Source: a bacterium
GTDB lineage: Bacteria > Zhuqueibacterota > Zhuqueibacteria > Oceanimicrobiales > Oceanimicrobiaceae
Reading direction: 5' to 3'
Length of the DNA: 64,000 nucleotides
Assembly (NCBI GenBank): GCA_046758365.1
Contig: JBHIAC010000003.1
Location: 18,019 to 82,018, forward strand
The notes below the pieces were generated by a model. The model was not told where the DNA came from and searched no databases. It saw only the letters and a program-made list of their open reading frames with translations. The position numbers and the translations under genes were made by a program. Position 1 is the stretch's first letter, and each line of letters begins with the position of its first letter. Positions 9,196-17,749 of this stretch are shown piece after piece.

Positions 9196-10572
9196 TTGAA
9201 AATGCAAAACAGGATTTTAAACAATGTTTTGGAAACTGTAGGAAATACGCCCTTGATTAAGCTCAACCATGTGACTGATGAGATTAAAGCAACAATTCTT
9301 GCAAAAGTTGAATTTTTTAATCCCGCGGGGAGTGTGAAAGACCGCATTGCGTTCACAATGATTGAATCAGCAGAGAAAGCGGGTCGTTTAAAACCCGGTG
9401 GAACCATTGTCGAAGCTACTTCGGGAAATACTGGGGCAGGGTTAGCTCTGGTAGCGGCATTAAAGGGTTATAAAGCTGTTTTCACGATGCCTGACAAAAT
9501 GAGTGCTGAAAAAGTGCGACTTCTTAAGGCCTATGGCGCAGATGTAGTTGTTACCCCAACGGCGGTTCCACCAGATTCTCCGGAAAGCCATTATGAAGTC
9601 GCTAAAAAAATTGTAAAAGAGACTCCCAATGCTATTTTAGCCAATCAGTATTTTAATGTAGTAAATCCTGAAACTCATTACCGTACTACTGGTCCAGAAA
9701 TATGGGAACAAACAGGAGGAAAAATTGATTACATTGTTGCAGGTATTGGTACAGGCGGCACCATCAGCGGGGTAGGCAAATTTTTACAAGAAAAAAATCC
9801 AAAAATTAAAGTTATAGGTGCCGACCCACAGGGCTCTATTATTAGGGAATATTTTTACAAGAAAAAAATGACCACAGCCACCCCTTATAAAGTTGAAGGC
9901 ATTGGTGAGGACATCATTCCCGGTACGCTCCATTTTGACTATATCAATGAAATTTATACTGTTACAGACAAAGAGTCTTTTAATATGGCCAGAAGAATAT
10001 CCAGAGAAGAAGGAATATTTGTCGGTGGCTCCAGCGGTACCGCAGCCTGTGCAGCTTTGAGGATCGCCAAAGATTTGCCAGAAGACAAAGTGATTGTGGT
10101 TATATTTCCAGATACCGGTGAACGCTATCTTTCCAAATTTTATTCAGACGAATGGATGAAAGAAAACCGCTTTTTTGATATTGAAAAAGTTTCTCTAAAG
10201 CGGGTCATGGAAGTAAAATCAAGCCATCTGCCACCTCTAATTGCTGTATCACCGGAAGATAGCGTGCGGATTGCCTTGGAAAAAATGAAAGAGTATAATA
10301 TATCGCAACTACCAGTTATTGCAAATAATAAATCCATTGGCAGTTTGGAGGAGGGTACTGTCATGGGACAAGTAATCGAGGATAACACACTGATTGACAC
10401 CCCTGTGAATAAGGTTATGCAGAAAAGCTTCCCCGTCATAAGCCATACCGCTTGTATCCTAGACGCTAAAAATCTCCTCTCCCGTGGGTATCCAGCCGTC
10501 TTAATTGAAGAATTGGGCAAAATTGAAGGAATCATTACTAAGTATGATCTTCTGGAATTTATTGCTTCTTAA
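9196..10572 (+). CDS. cbs: cystathionine beta-synthase (PLP domain + CBS pair)
   Basis: NPAGSVKDR PLP lysine, EATSGNTG, GIGTGGT, C-terminal CBS domains. Confidence 0.92.
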   Translation: MKMQNRILNNVLETVGNTPLIKLNHVTDEIKATILAKVEFFNPAGSVKDRIAFTMIESAEKAGRLKPGGTIVEATSGNTGAGLALVAALKGYKAVFTMPDKMSAEKVRLLKAYGADVVVTPTAVPPDSPESHYEVAKKIVKETPNAILANQYFNVVNPETHYRTTGPEIWEQTGGKIDYIVAGIGTGGTISGVGKFLQEKNPKIKVIGADPQGSIIREYFYKKKMTTATPYKVEGIGEDIIPGTLHFDYINEIYTVTDKESFNMARRISREEGIFVGGSSGTAACAALRIAKDLPEDKVIVVIFPDTGERYLSKFYSDEWMKENRFFDIEKVSLKRVMEVKSSHLPPLIAVSPEDSVRIALEKMKEYNISQLPVIANNKSIGSLEEGTVMGQVIEDNTLIDTPVNKVMQKSFPVISHTACILDAKNLLSRGYPAVLIEELGKIEGIITKYDLLEFIAS

Positions 10573-10581
10573 AAGTATTAA

Positions 10582-10662
10582 GAGACGCTGACCTTTTTAC
10601 AAAAGGTCAGTGTCTTTTTCACTAAACAAATGCTAACCCCGAATGCTTTCGGGGTCAGCGTT
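10582..10662. repeat. pair of related REP-like hairpins
   Basis: GACGCTGACCTTTT-TAC-AAAAGGTCAGTGTC and ATGCTAACCCCGA-ATGCTT-TCGGGGTCAGCGT share the outer stem. Confidence 0.6.
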
Positions 10663-10682
10663 TCCTAAAAGTTGGAGGAAAT

Positions 10683-11840
10683 ATGGGATTTGCAACCGAT
10701 GCCGTTCACGCTGGTCAAAAACCGGATTTGGATTGCGGAGCTATTATTACCCCTATCTATCAAACTTCTACCTACGTTCAGGAATCGCCAGGGGTCCACA
10801 AAGGATATGAATATGGCAGAACGGCAAATCCGACACGCCAAGCGTTAGAAAAAAATATTGCCACCTTGGAGAAGGGAGCCTTTGGTTATGCTTTCAGCTC
10901 AGGCATGGCGGCCATTTCTGCGGTCATGGGCCTGGTTAAACAAGGGGACCACATCATAGTCACTGATAATGTTTATGGGGGGACCTATCGCTATTTTCAA
11001 CAAGTCATGACCGATTACGGACTTTCATTTAGTTTTGTTGATACAGCCAAAATAGCCTTGATTGAAGAGGCCTTAAAGCCCAATACCCGAATGGTTTTTG
11101 TAGAAACGCCAACCAATCCCATGCTTAAAATCTCTGACCTCGCCCAAATTTCTCAATTTTGCCTTCGTCGAGCCCTGCTGCTTGTAGTCGATAACACATT
11201 TTTAAGCCCCTATTTTCAACGGCCGCTGGAATTGGGGGCGGATATAGTCGTTCATAGTAGTACCAAGTACCTAAATGGACACAGCGATGTCATTGGCGGA
11301 ATTGTGGTAGTTAAGGATGAAAAGTTAGGTGAACGGCTTGCATTTCTCCAAAATGCGGTGGGAGCCGTTCCCAGCCCCTTTGATTGCTGGTTAATTCTTC
11401 GTTCTACTAAAACCCTCCATTTACGAATGCAGCAGCATCATAGTAATGCAATGGAAATTGCTCGATATTTGACAAAACATCCTAAAGTTGAAAAGGTCAT
11501 TTATCCGGGTTTGCAGTCACACCCTCAACATGAATTAGCAAAAAGGCAGCAGTTAGACCCTGATGGTAATCCTGGTTTTGGTGGAATGATTTCCTTTGAA
11601 ATGGGGAGTTGGGAGCGTGGAAAAAAATTGTTAGAATCAGTCTCGCTATTTTCTTTGGCGGAAAGTTTAGGAGGGGTGGAAAGCTTAATCAGCCATCCTG
11701 CTTCAATGACCCATGCCTCTATTCCCAAGGAAGAGCGCACGAAAATTGGACTCACCGACGGTTTGGTTCGTATTTCCGTCGGTGTTGAATCTGTAGATGA
11801 CCTTATCAATGATCTAGAACAGGCACTTGAAATATTTTGA
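10683..11840 (+). CDS. cystathionine gamma-lyase/synthase (Cys/Met PLP family)
   Basis: YGRTANPTR, ETPTNP, DNTF, HSSTKYLNGHSD, AESLGGVESL; directly after cbs. Confidence 0.92.
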   Translation: MGFATDAVHAGQKPDLDCGAIITPIYQTSTYVQESPGVHKGYEYGRTANPTRQALEKNIATLEKGAFGYAFSSGMAAISAVMGLVKQGDHIIVTDNVYGGTYRYFQQVMTDYGLSFSFVDTAKIALIEEALKPNTRMVFVETPTNPMLKISDLAQISQFCLRRALLLVVDNTFLSPYFQRPLELGADIVVHSSTKYLNGHSDVIGGIVVVKDEKLGERLAFLQNAVGAVPSPFDCWLILRSTKTLHLRMQQHHSNAMEIARYLTKHPKVEKVIYPGLQSHPQHELAKRQQLDPDGNPGFGGMISFEMGSWERGKKLLESVSLFSLAESLGGVESLISHPASMTHASIPKEERTKIGLTDGLVRISVGVESVDDLINDLEQALEIF

Positions 11841-12748
11841 AATTTATCATCCAAAAACATGCCTTACCGATAGGATTTTTACTTTTATTTTATTCCAACT
11901 TAGTAAGCCAAACTAACTGGTTCACTCTGGAATCCTCTCTATTTCGAATCTACTATTCGGAAGAAGACGACAAAAGTGCTGAGGAGCTTTCCACCCTTTT
12001 GGATATAGAATATGCGGATTTAGTTTCTAAAATAGGTTTAGAAATAAATAATACAGTGAGTGTTTTTTTATGTCCTTCGGAGGAGATATTTAATGAATTA
12101 ACCGGTAAGTTCGTCCCAGATTGGGGAGAGGGCGTAACCGACCCCGTAAGAAACCTGATTATATTAAAATCTCCAAACCTCTCACAAAATCTCTCTCGCT
12201 TTCCAAAATTAGTCCTCCATGAACTGACTCATATTTTAGTGGGCCAGTCGCTTGAACATCCCGCCGCAATCCCGAGATGGTTTAATGAGGGCATTGCTAT
12301 TTATTTTTCTCATGATGAAGAATTTTCGATTGGACAAGCTATTTCGAAAGCCTTAATCAGTAATTCTATTATCTCTTTGGATGAAATTGACGATGTTTTA
12401 AAATTTCAACAAGAAAAAGCTCGTCTAGCTTACGAGGAGAGTTACTCAGCTATACTTTTTTTAGAAGAAAAATACGGTTATAACCGTTTATTCCAACTGA
12501 TTCAGGAGCTTAAAAAAGAGAAGAACTTTAATCAAGCTTTTTTGGATATCTTCGGAATAGATTTGTTTGAATTCGAATGGGCTTGGAACCAATATGTTGA
12601 AAAGAAATATCGTTGGCAGTTTCTCTTGGATTTCGAGACTTATTTATGGATTTTTATATTGGTTCTTTTTATATTGGTTTTTATTGCCATCCGATTCCGG
12701 AATCGCAAAATTCTTAATAAATGGCAACAAGAGGAACGGATCGTTTAA
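11837..12748 (+). CDS. peptidase MA-like metallohydrolase, exported with C-terminal TM
   Basis: Signal peptide, HELTH, PRWFNEG, C-terminal hydrophobic helix. Confidence 0.8.
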   Translation: MKFIIQKHALPIGFLLLFYSNLVSQTNWFTLESSLFRIYYSEEDDKSAEELSTLLDIEYADLVSKIGLEINNTVSVFLCPSEEIFNELTGKFVPDWGEGVTDPVRNLIILKSPNLSQNLSRFPKLVLHELTHILVGQSLEHPAAIPRWFNEGIAIYFSHDEEFSIGQAISKALISNSIISLDEIDDVLKFQQEKARLAYEESYSAILFLEEKYGYNRLFQLIQELKKEKNFNQAFLDIFGIDLFEFEWAWNQYVEKKYRWQFLLDFETYLWIFILVLFILVFIAIRFRNRKILNKWQQEERIV

Positions 12749-12914
12749 TCCTAAAGATTTTGTGTTTGAATTTTTTCGCGGCTAAAAATGACCTAAGAAT
12801 TTTGAACTTTGAAACACTGAACCATAAATAACCTCGGTACCAAACACCAAGGTCATAAATATAAGTCGTTATAATAATTTTGGATTTTCAGATAATCCCA
12901 AAAAGAAATCAACT

Positions 12915-13565
12915 ATGAATAATTTGTCAGTTCTTAAAATAAATCCCAATAATTTTGATGCAAAAGACTTAGAACCAGCAGTGATGGTTCTGCAGCGAGG
13001 CGGTGTGATTGCGTACCCCACAGAAACGGTTTATGGTTTAGGTGCAAACATCTATCATGAAAGAGCTGTTCGTAGAATTTATCAACTAAAAAAAAGAGAC
13101 TTAACAAAACCACTTTCAGTCATGATTTCTTCTATTGAAGATGTAGAGGATTTGTGTGAAGAAATACATCATTATGGTAAAATTTTAATCAACGCCTTTT
13201 GGCCAGGCCCCATTACTCTGATTTTCAAGGCCTCAGATAGCATCCCAAGTTACATAACGAGCAAAGATAAAAAGATTGGACTTCGCATTCCGAATCATCC
13301 AATTACCGAAGCTTTGATGAGAATGCATAGTCAGCCGGTAACTTCCACAAGTGCAAATATTACTGGTACAAAGGAACTAATTAGAGCTCAGGATGTAAAA
13401 AATAATTTTGGTGGTAAAATTGATTTAATAATTGATGGTGGAGCCTGTTGTGTTAAAATCCCTTCCACGGTATTGGACGTGACTGGTGAAGAACCTAAAG
13501 TTTTACGTGAAGGCGCCATTACCCGCTCTCAAATTGAAGAAGTTCTGTTAGGAATTTCATCATGA
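12915..13565 (+). CDS. tsaC: L-threonylcarbamoyladenylate synthase (YrdC/Sua5 family)
   Basis: YPTETVYGL, K.R...KPL, FWPGPIT, STSAN. Confidence 0.93.
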   Translation: MNNLSVLKINPNNFDAKDLEPAVMVLQRGGVIAYPTETVYGLGANIYHERAVRRIYQLKKRDLTKPLSVMISSIEDVEDLCEEIHHYGKILINAFWPGPITLIFKASDSIPSYITSKDKKIGLRIPNHPITEALMRMHSQPVTSTSANITGTKELIRAQDVKNNFGGKIDLIIDGGACCVKIPSTVLDVTGEEPKVLREGAITRSQIEEVLLGISS

Positions 13566-14065
13566 GTTCAAAAACTTTTAATATATTATTCGTTTGTACC
13601 GGCAACAGTTGTAGAAGTCCCATAGCGGAAGGTTTAATGAAATCAAGAATATCTTCAGAGTTAAAAGATAAAGTAACAGTTCGTTCTGCTGGAACGCTGG
13701 GTCTTGAGGGAAATCCTGCTACTGAATATGCTATCGCAGTTGCCAATGACTTAGGAGCTGATATTTCTCAACATCGTTCGCAAGGTCTTAGTGAGGCACT
13801 GGTCAAAGAATCTGATATCATTTTTGCCATGTCCCCAGAACACAAAGCCTTCGTGGAACGGCAAAATCCCGAGGTTCGGGAGAATGTATTTTTGCTTAGG
13901 ACTTTTGGTAGAAACCCAGATGAAAAGATCACCGATAGCATCGAGGACCCCATTGGAGGCAGTCTTGAGGTTTATCAGAAATGCGGTGAAATAATTGATT
14001 CAGAATTAAATAGAATTTTACCGAGACTCCGGCAAATTATTGAAGAAAAACTAAACCCTGAATGA
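13562..14065 (+). CDS. low molecular weight protein Tyr/Arg phosphatase (YwlE/PtpA-like)
   Basis: CTGNSCRS P-loop, IEDPIG. Confidence 0.92.
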   Translation: MSSKTFNILFVCTGNSCRSPIAEGLMKSRISSELKDKVTVRSAGTLGLEGNPATEYAIAVANDLGADISQHRSQGLSEALVKESDIIFAMSPEHKAFVERQNPEVRENVFLLRTFGRNPDEKITDSIEDPIGGSLEVYQKCGEIIDSELNRILPRLRQIIEEKLNPE

Positions 14066-14088
14066 GACTGAAGGGATTGAAGGCTGGA

Positions 14089-14198
14089 TTTAGGGATATA
14101 AGGAAATAGGGATATAAGGGAATAAGGTTTTAATTTGGTTTGAGATTAAACCACCCTTATACCCTTTTACCCTTATGTCCTTATACCTTATAACCTAA
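14089..14198. repeat. inverted arrays of 7-8-mer tandem repeats (AAGGGATAT-like / ATACCCTT-like)
   Basis: Purine-rich array then complementary pyrimidine-rich array; related arrays at 15793-15869 and about 41215-41250. Confidence 0.6.
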
Positions 14199-14203
14199 GA
14201 AAG

Positions 14204-14283
14204 TGGGCGATATCCCGAGCTACAAATCGGGATGACCTCCTGCTTGTAAGGCAGGCGCTCTAAACCACCTGAGCTAACCGCCC
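14204..14283 (-). tRNA. tRNA-Val(TAC) variant/pseudogene with replaced T-arm
   Basis: Identical to 15915-15992 in acceptor, D and anticodon arms; T-arm ACTGGTTCGAGTCCAGT replaced by ATCCCGATTTGTAGCTCGGGAT; no encoded CCA. Confidence 0.8.
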
Positions 14284-14364
14284 AAAAACACGTCTTAAAT
14301 TTACAAAATTAAATAAAAAGACAAGGAGATTTGTAAGCACCCGTATGGCTTTGTGAAGCCAATA

Positions 14365-14928
14365 TCAACTTAGACTTTTGATCTTTCGAAACAAGTCTTT
14401 GTATTGGGCTAACATTGCTGGCTTTTCTAATGCCTCAGCAAATTGTGATAACCAGTTCTCGATGTAGGATTCATCTAATTTACCATATTGCTCGATTAAT
14501 AGCGCTTCGATGTCTGGCCAATCCCTTGCTCGGTCAGCCACGGCTTTCTGGATGATTAAATCCTCGGCCGAGCAAATCCACACCGACCGTCCACCTAAGT
14601 TTCGGCGTATTGCTCGCTCAATCATTTGTTCTTCGTAACCAGGTAACGCTAATAAAAAATCGACGATAACATGGTCGATGATCACAGAAATGATGAGGGG
14701 ATATTGGGGTATATTTTCTCTGGCAGGCTGTGGAAATTCTTTTTGGATGGCTTTTGAAATCGCCTCATAGTCGGTTTCAGGAACAAGAACTTTTATATCA
14801 ATATCATAGGTGGCGCGAACATACCCCCATTATGCCAGGGCGATACCACCGATAACGACATAGCGGTACTCATTGTTTTCGAGAAAAGCAACGGCTTTGT
14901 GTAAAGCTGCATTAAGATGTTTTTCCAT
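14365..14928 (-). pseudogene. nucleotidyltransferase (AbiEii/DUF6036-like) with in-frame TAA
   Basis: MEKHL...YVVIGGIALA*WGYVRATYDID...SAEDLIIQKAVADRARDWPD; stop at 14830-14832 lies within the GG..A...R.T.D.D motif. Confidence 0.8.
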
Positions 14929-15181
14929 TGGCCTTTCTCCATGCTTCCAGTCTCTTGACCCGGGCGTAGTAGCGGTCTATTTCTCGCAATTTTTGTGTGC
15001 GCTGCCGTTCACTTTGCTGCGGACAAAGTTGCCAGCAAAATTCTACCAAGGCTACATATCGCTGCCACCCTTTTTCGGGTGTTAATTTTCCCGCATTGTG
15101 TATGCGTTCGATGAGCTCGGTCTCGTTCCATTGGCGATAGAATTCGAGTGCTTTGCGATACAGGTCTTTGTCTATAGGCAT
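14912..15181 (-). CDS. small hypothetical protein, probable partner of the nucleotidyltransferase
   Basis: ATG after AGGTGG; overlaps the start of the NTase gene. Confidence 0.6.
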   Translation of the reverse strand: MPIDKDLYRKALEFYRQWNETELIERIHNAGKLTPEKGWQRYVALVEFCWQLCPQQSERQRTQKLREIDRYYARVKRLEAWRKANGKTS

Positions 15182-15218
15182 GATAACCACCTACTCTTAA
15201 ACAAAGCAATATTGCGCT

Positions 15219-15512
15219 TCATAAGTGTAAAGTCTCTTTGAGAATGTTCTCTTTCAGTTCTGGTCGGATGTCTTCTTTTGGGATCAGGTCAACCTTCATT
15301 TTTAGAATTTCACGTAAATAAATCTCCGCTCCAACCAGTTCCAGTAAACTAACGGGCTCTTCAAATTCGGCCAGGAGGTCTATATCGCTACCTCTCTTGT
15401 GTGCTCCCTTGACATAAGAACCCAATATCCCTACTACTCTCATTTTATATTTTTGCCTTAATTCTTCTCGATGTTTTTCCAGAATTTCTTTGATTTCAGC
15501 AAGCGTTTTCAT
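15219..15512 (-). CDS. minimal nucleotidyltransferase (MNT) antitoxin
   Basis: GSYVKG...SDIDL...KVDL, 97 aa. Confidence 0.9.
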   Translation of the reverse strand: MKTLAEIKEILEKHREELRQKYKMRVVGILGSYVKGAHKRGSDIDLLAEFEEPVSLLELVGAEIYLREILKMKVDLIPKEDIRPELKENILKETLHL

Positions 15513-15874
15513 TACTTACCACCAGATGATAAATTGTGATTCGTTCGCTTTTATCTTTTTGCTTAGCATAGCTGGATCGTTGTTTTTACATTGTGAGACC
15601 ATGATATCCATTCCTTGATGAACTAAAATTCTTGGCCAAATTCAACTTTATAAAATATCAATTTTGATCTAAAGTTGCAACAAAATTTCGCTTAACGGCT
15701 TCGATTTATACTAAGATTTAGAAGAATTAGACGCAATAAAGTGGAAAGTGCAAGGCAGGTGGCCTGGTTTTCACTCTTATTGAGGTAAAATTAAAGGTAT
15801 AAGGACATAATGAAATAAAGGTATTCAACACCAACACCCTAGACCCTTATACCGTATACCTTATACCCCAAGAG

Positions 15875-15914
15875 TGGTGGGCGATACCCCGAGCTACAAA
15901 TCGGGATGACCTCC
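15875..15914 (-). repeat. duplicated 3' half of tRNA-Val carrying the substituted T-arm
   Basis: GGAGGTC-ATCCCGATTTGTAGCTCGGGGT-ATCGCCCACCA immediately after the CCA of the intact tRNA. Confidence 0.85.
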
Positions 15915-15992
15915 TGGTGGGCGATACTGGACTCGAACCAGTGACCTCCTGCTTGTAAGGCAGGCGCTCTAAACCACCTGAGCTAACCGCCC
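15915..15992 (-). tRNA. tRNA-Val(TAC)
   Basis: GGGCGGTTAGCTCAGGTGGTTTAGAGCGCCTGCCTTACAAGCAGGAGGTCACTGGTTCGAGTCCAGTATCGCCCACCA; full cloverleaf. Confidence 0.97.
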
Positions 15993-16010
15993 GCTTTCGT
16001 TTGTTTTTCT

Positions 16011-16095
16011 AATTTAGAAAAATATTTGAAGAATGTCAAGGAAAATTGGGTGTACTGAAATTTCTGTTGACTATAGCGCAATTTTTTGTTATAAT
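16011..16095. promoter_or_regulatory. divergent sigma70 promoters (tRNA-Val and the 16210 gene)
   Basis: Minus: TTGACA(16039-16034)-17-TAAATT; plus: TTGACT(16067)-17-TATAAT(16090) with extended TG. Confidence 0.7.
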
Positions 16096-16209
16096 AAATT
16101 AACATAATTTCCTATGACTTCTGAAATTAGAACTTCATACCTTATCATTTAAAACTTGCGTAATTGAAGTAACTTTAATTGAATTGTAGACCTCCACTAC
16201 AGATGTTAG

Positions 16210-17235
16210 ATGTTACTCGAAGAAAATTTGAAAACATTGCTCGAGGAACTTCTCGATGGCTTAATTTCTCAGACGGACCTCACCAAGCTGGTTCACCTTT
16301 GCCGTTCCATAGCTGAGAGTTATCTTACTCAACACCGTTCTTCTCTCGTGCACATTTGCTCGCTCAACGGATTCACTGTATCGGACCTTGCATTCGATTG
16401 TATCGCACAAGTTTTTGCTCGAGATGCGGATGGAAGGTTTTATCAAATTGAAAGGTTTTCAGCCTCCCTTTTTACCAACCTTAAAGAGACTCCTGCGAAA
16501 AAACTTTTTCTTGCCTTTAAGTCTTTTGTCTTGAGAATAGCGAAAGCTCAGCTCTCGAAGATTTACGCACAATCCGATCCGGTTGGAGCTAAAATTCATC
16601 GTAACATTAGAGACTGCATCAGGAAATCGCAGGTCTTGAAGCTTGTTGAGGATTTTCGTGGCCATGTGCTGCAACCCGCAAACCACGATCCTCTTAATCA
16701 TTTAGAGGCTTACCCACTCGACGATATAGAGAGAGATTTAATGGCTCGGATAAGGGGTTCCTCTAATATTCCAGACCTTATCGAGAAACTAACTGCCATT
16801 CTTATGGAGCAAGAAGAATATCGTAGATCGATACGATTGATAGATATGGTGCAGATTTTTAGACAATTTTACCTTCAGTTTTCCGAATTAGCTACGACTG
16901 AGGAAAGCCCATGGGAGTTTGACAGGCTATCACAACATGATATTGAGGTAATCCAGTGTGAAGTCCGTCGTGCAGTTCAAGAAAAAATTATCACCACATA
17001 CTTCTTGTCAGGGAAAGTCAGCAAACCAGAAGCTGAGGCTCTTTCTAACATGATGTCCGACATGATCGCCGACTGGTGTCAGGAGCATGAGGTGCAAAAC
17101 TCCATTTGCCAGTACGTGTAGCGCTATCTTCCCATTTCAGAATCGGAATATGATTCAATGTGGCGTACCAAACTTGAGTACCTCACCAGGATTGCGAGGG
17201 AAAAGTTTGCTGCCTGCATCACAGAAAATATTTAG
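16210..17235 (+). pseudogene. paralog of the 3634 sigma-like protein with an in-frame TAG at 17119-17121
   Basis: Past the TAG the frame reads RYLPISESEYDSMWRTKLEYLTRIAREKF, matching RYMPELSQKAYRTQERTIFEYLGKLIKKWF of the paralog. Confidence 0.75.
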
Positions 17236-17559
17236 GAGTAAATATTTTAAAAGAATTTTCTGGAGTACTGATTGAATGTCTAAATAATAGATTGGATTAA
17301 TAGAAGCAACAATGATTTGATACTGGTTACTCGGTGCTGGATACTTGATAATAACATGAACATTTTCATTCCAATAATAAAAATCCAGAATCAAGCATCA
17401 AGCATTCAGTATCTATTTTGAATCATACATTATGAGATTACTTCAATACACTAGTAGGAATCTTTTTTAGTTTGAGGAAGGGCTGAGAAAAAGCAACTAA
17501 GGTTGTGGTTCCTAAAAAGATTCTTGCATGACATCGGGTTCGTTTGGGGCTTAATGAAA

Positions 17560-17748
17560 TTAGCAGTTCACCGTTCTTCGAAGCGAAGGATCAGCGTCAA
17601 TTGCTACCAAATGTGCCCGTCTTTTAATGTCAACTTCGAAGTGGGCTTCCGGCATTTCATCATAGTAATCACCTAAATCTTGAGTGTCTAAGAACTCTAC
17701 GAGTTCATTGAGAGACCTAAAACGGGGCAATCTCTTTGACTTTATATT
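17560..17748 (-). pseudogene. remnant of a CopG/BrnA-type antitoxin
   Basis: KSKRLPRFRSLNELVEFLDTQDLGDYYDEMPEAHFEVDIKRRAHLVAID; no start codon, C-terminal DNA-binding part missing. Confidence 0.6.
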
Positions 17749-17749
17749 C

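Noticed and set aside
14089..14198. Possible CRISPR array in the repeat-rich intergenic tracts
   Set aside because: Units are 7-8 nt with no unique spacers; no cas genes
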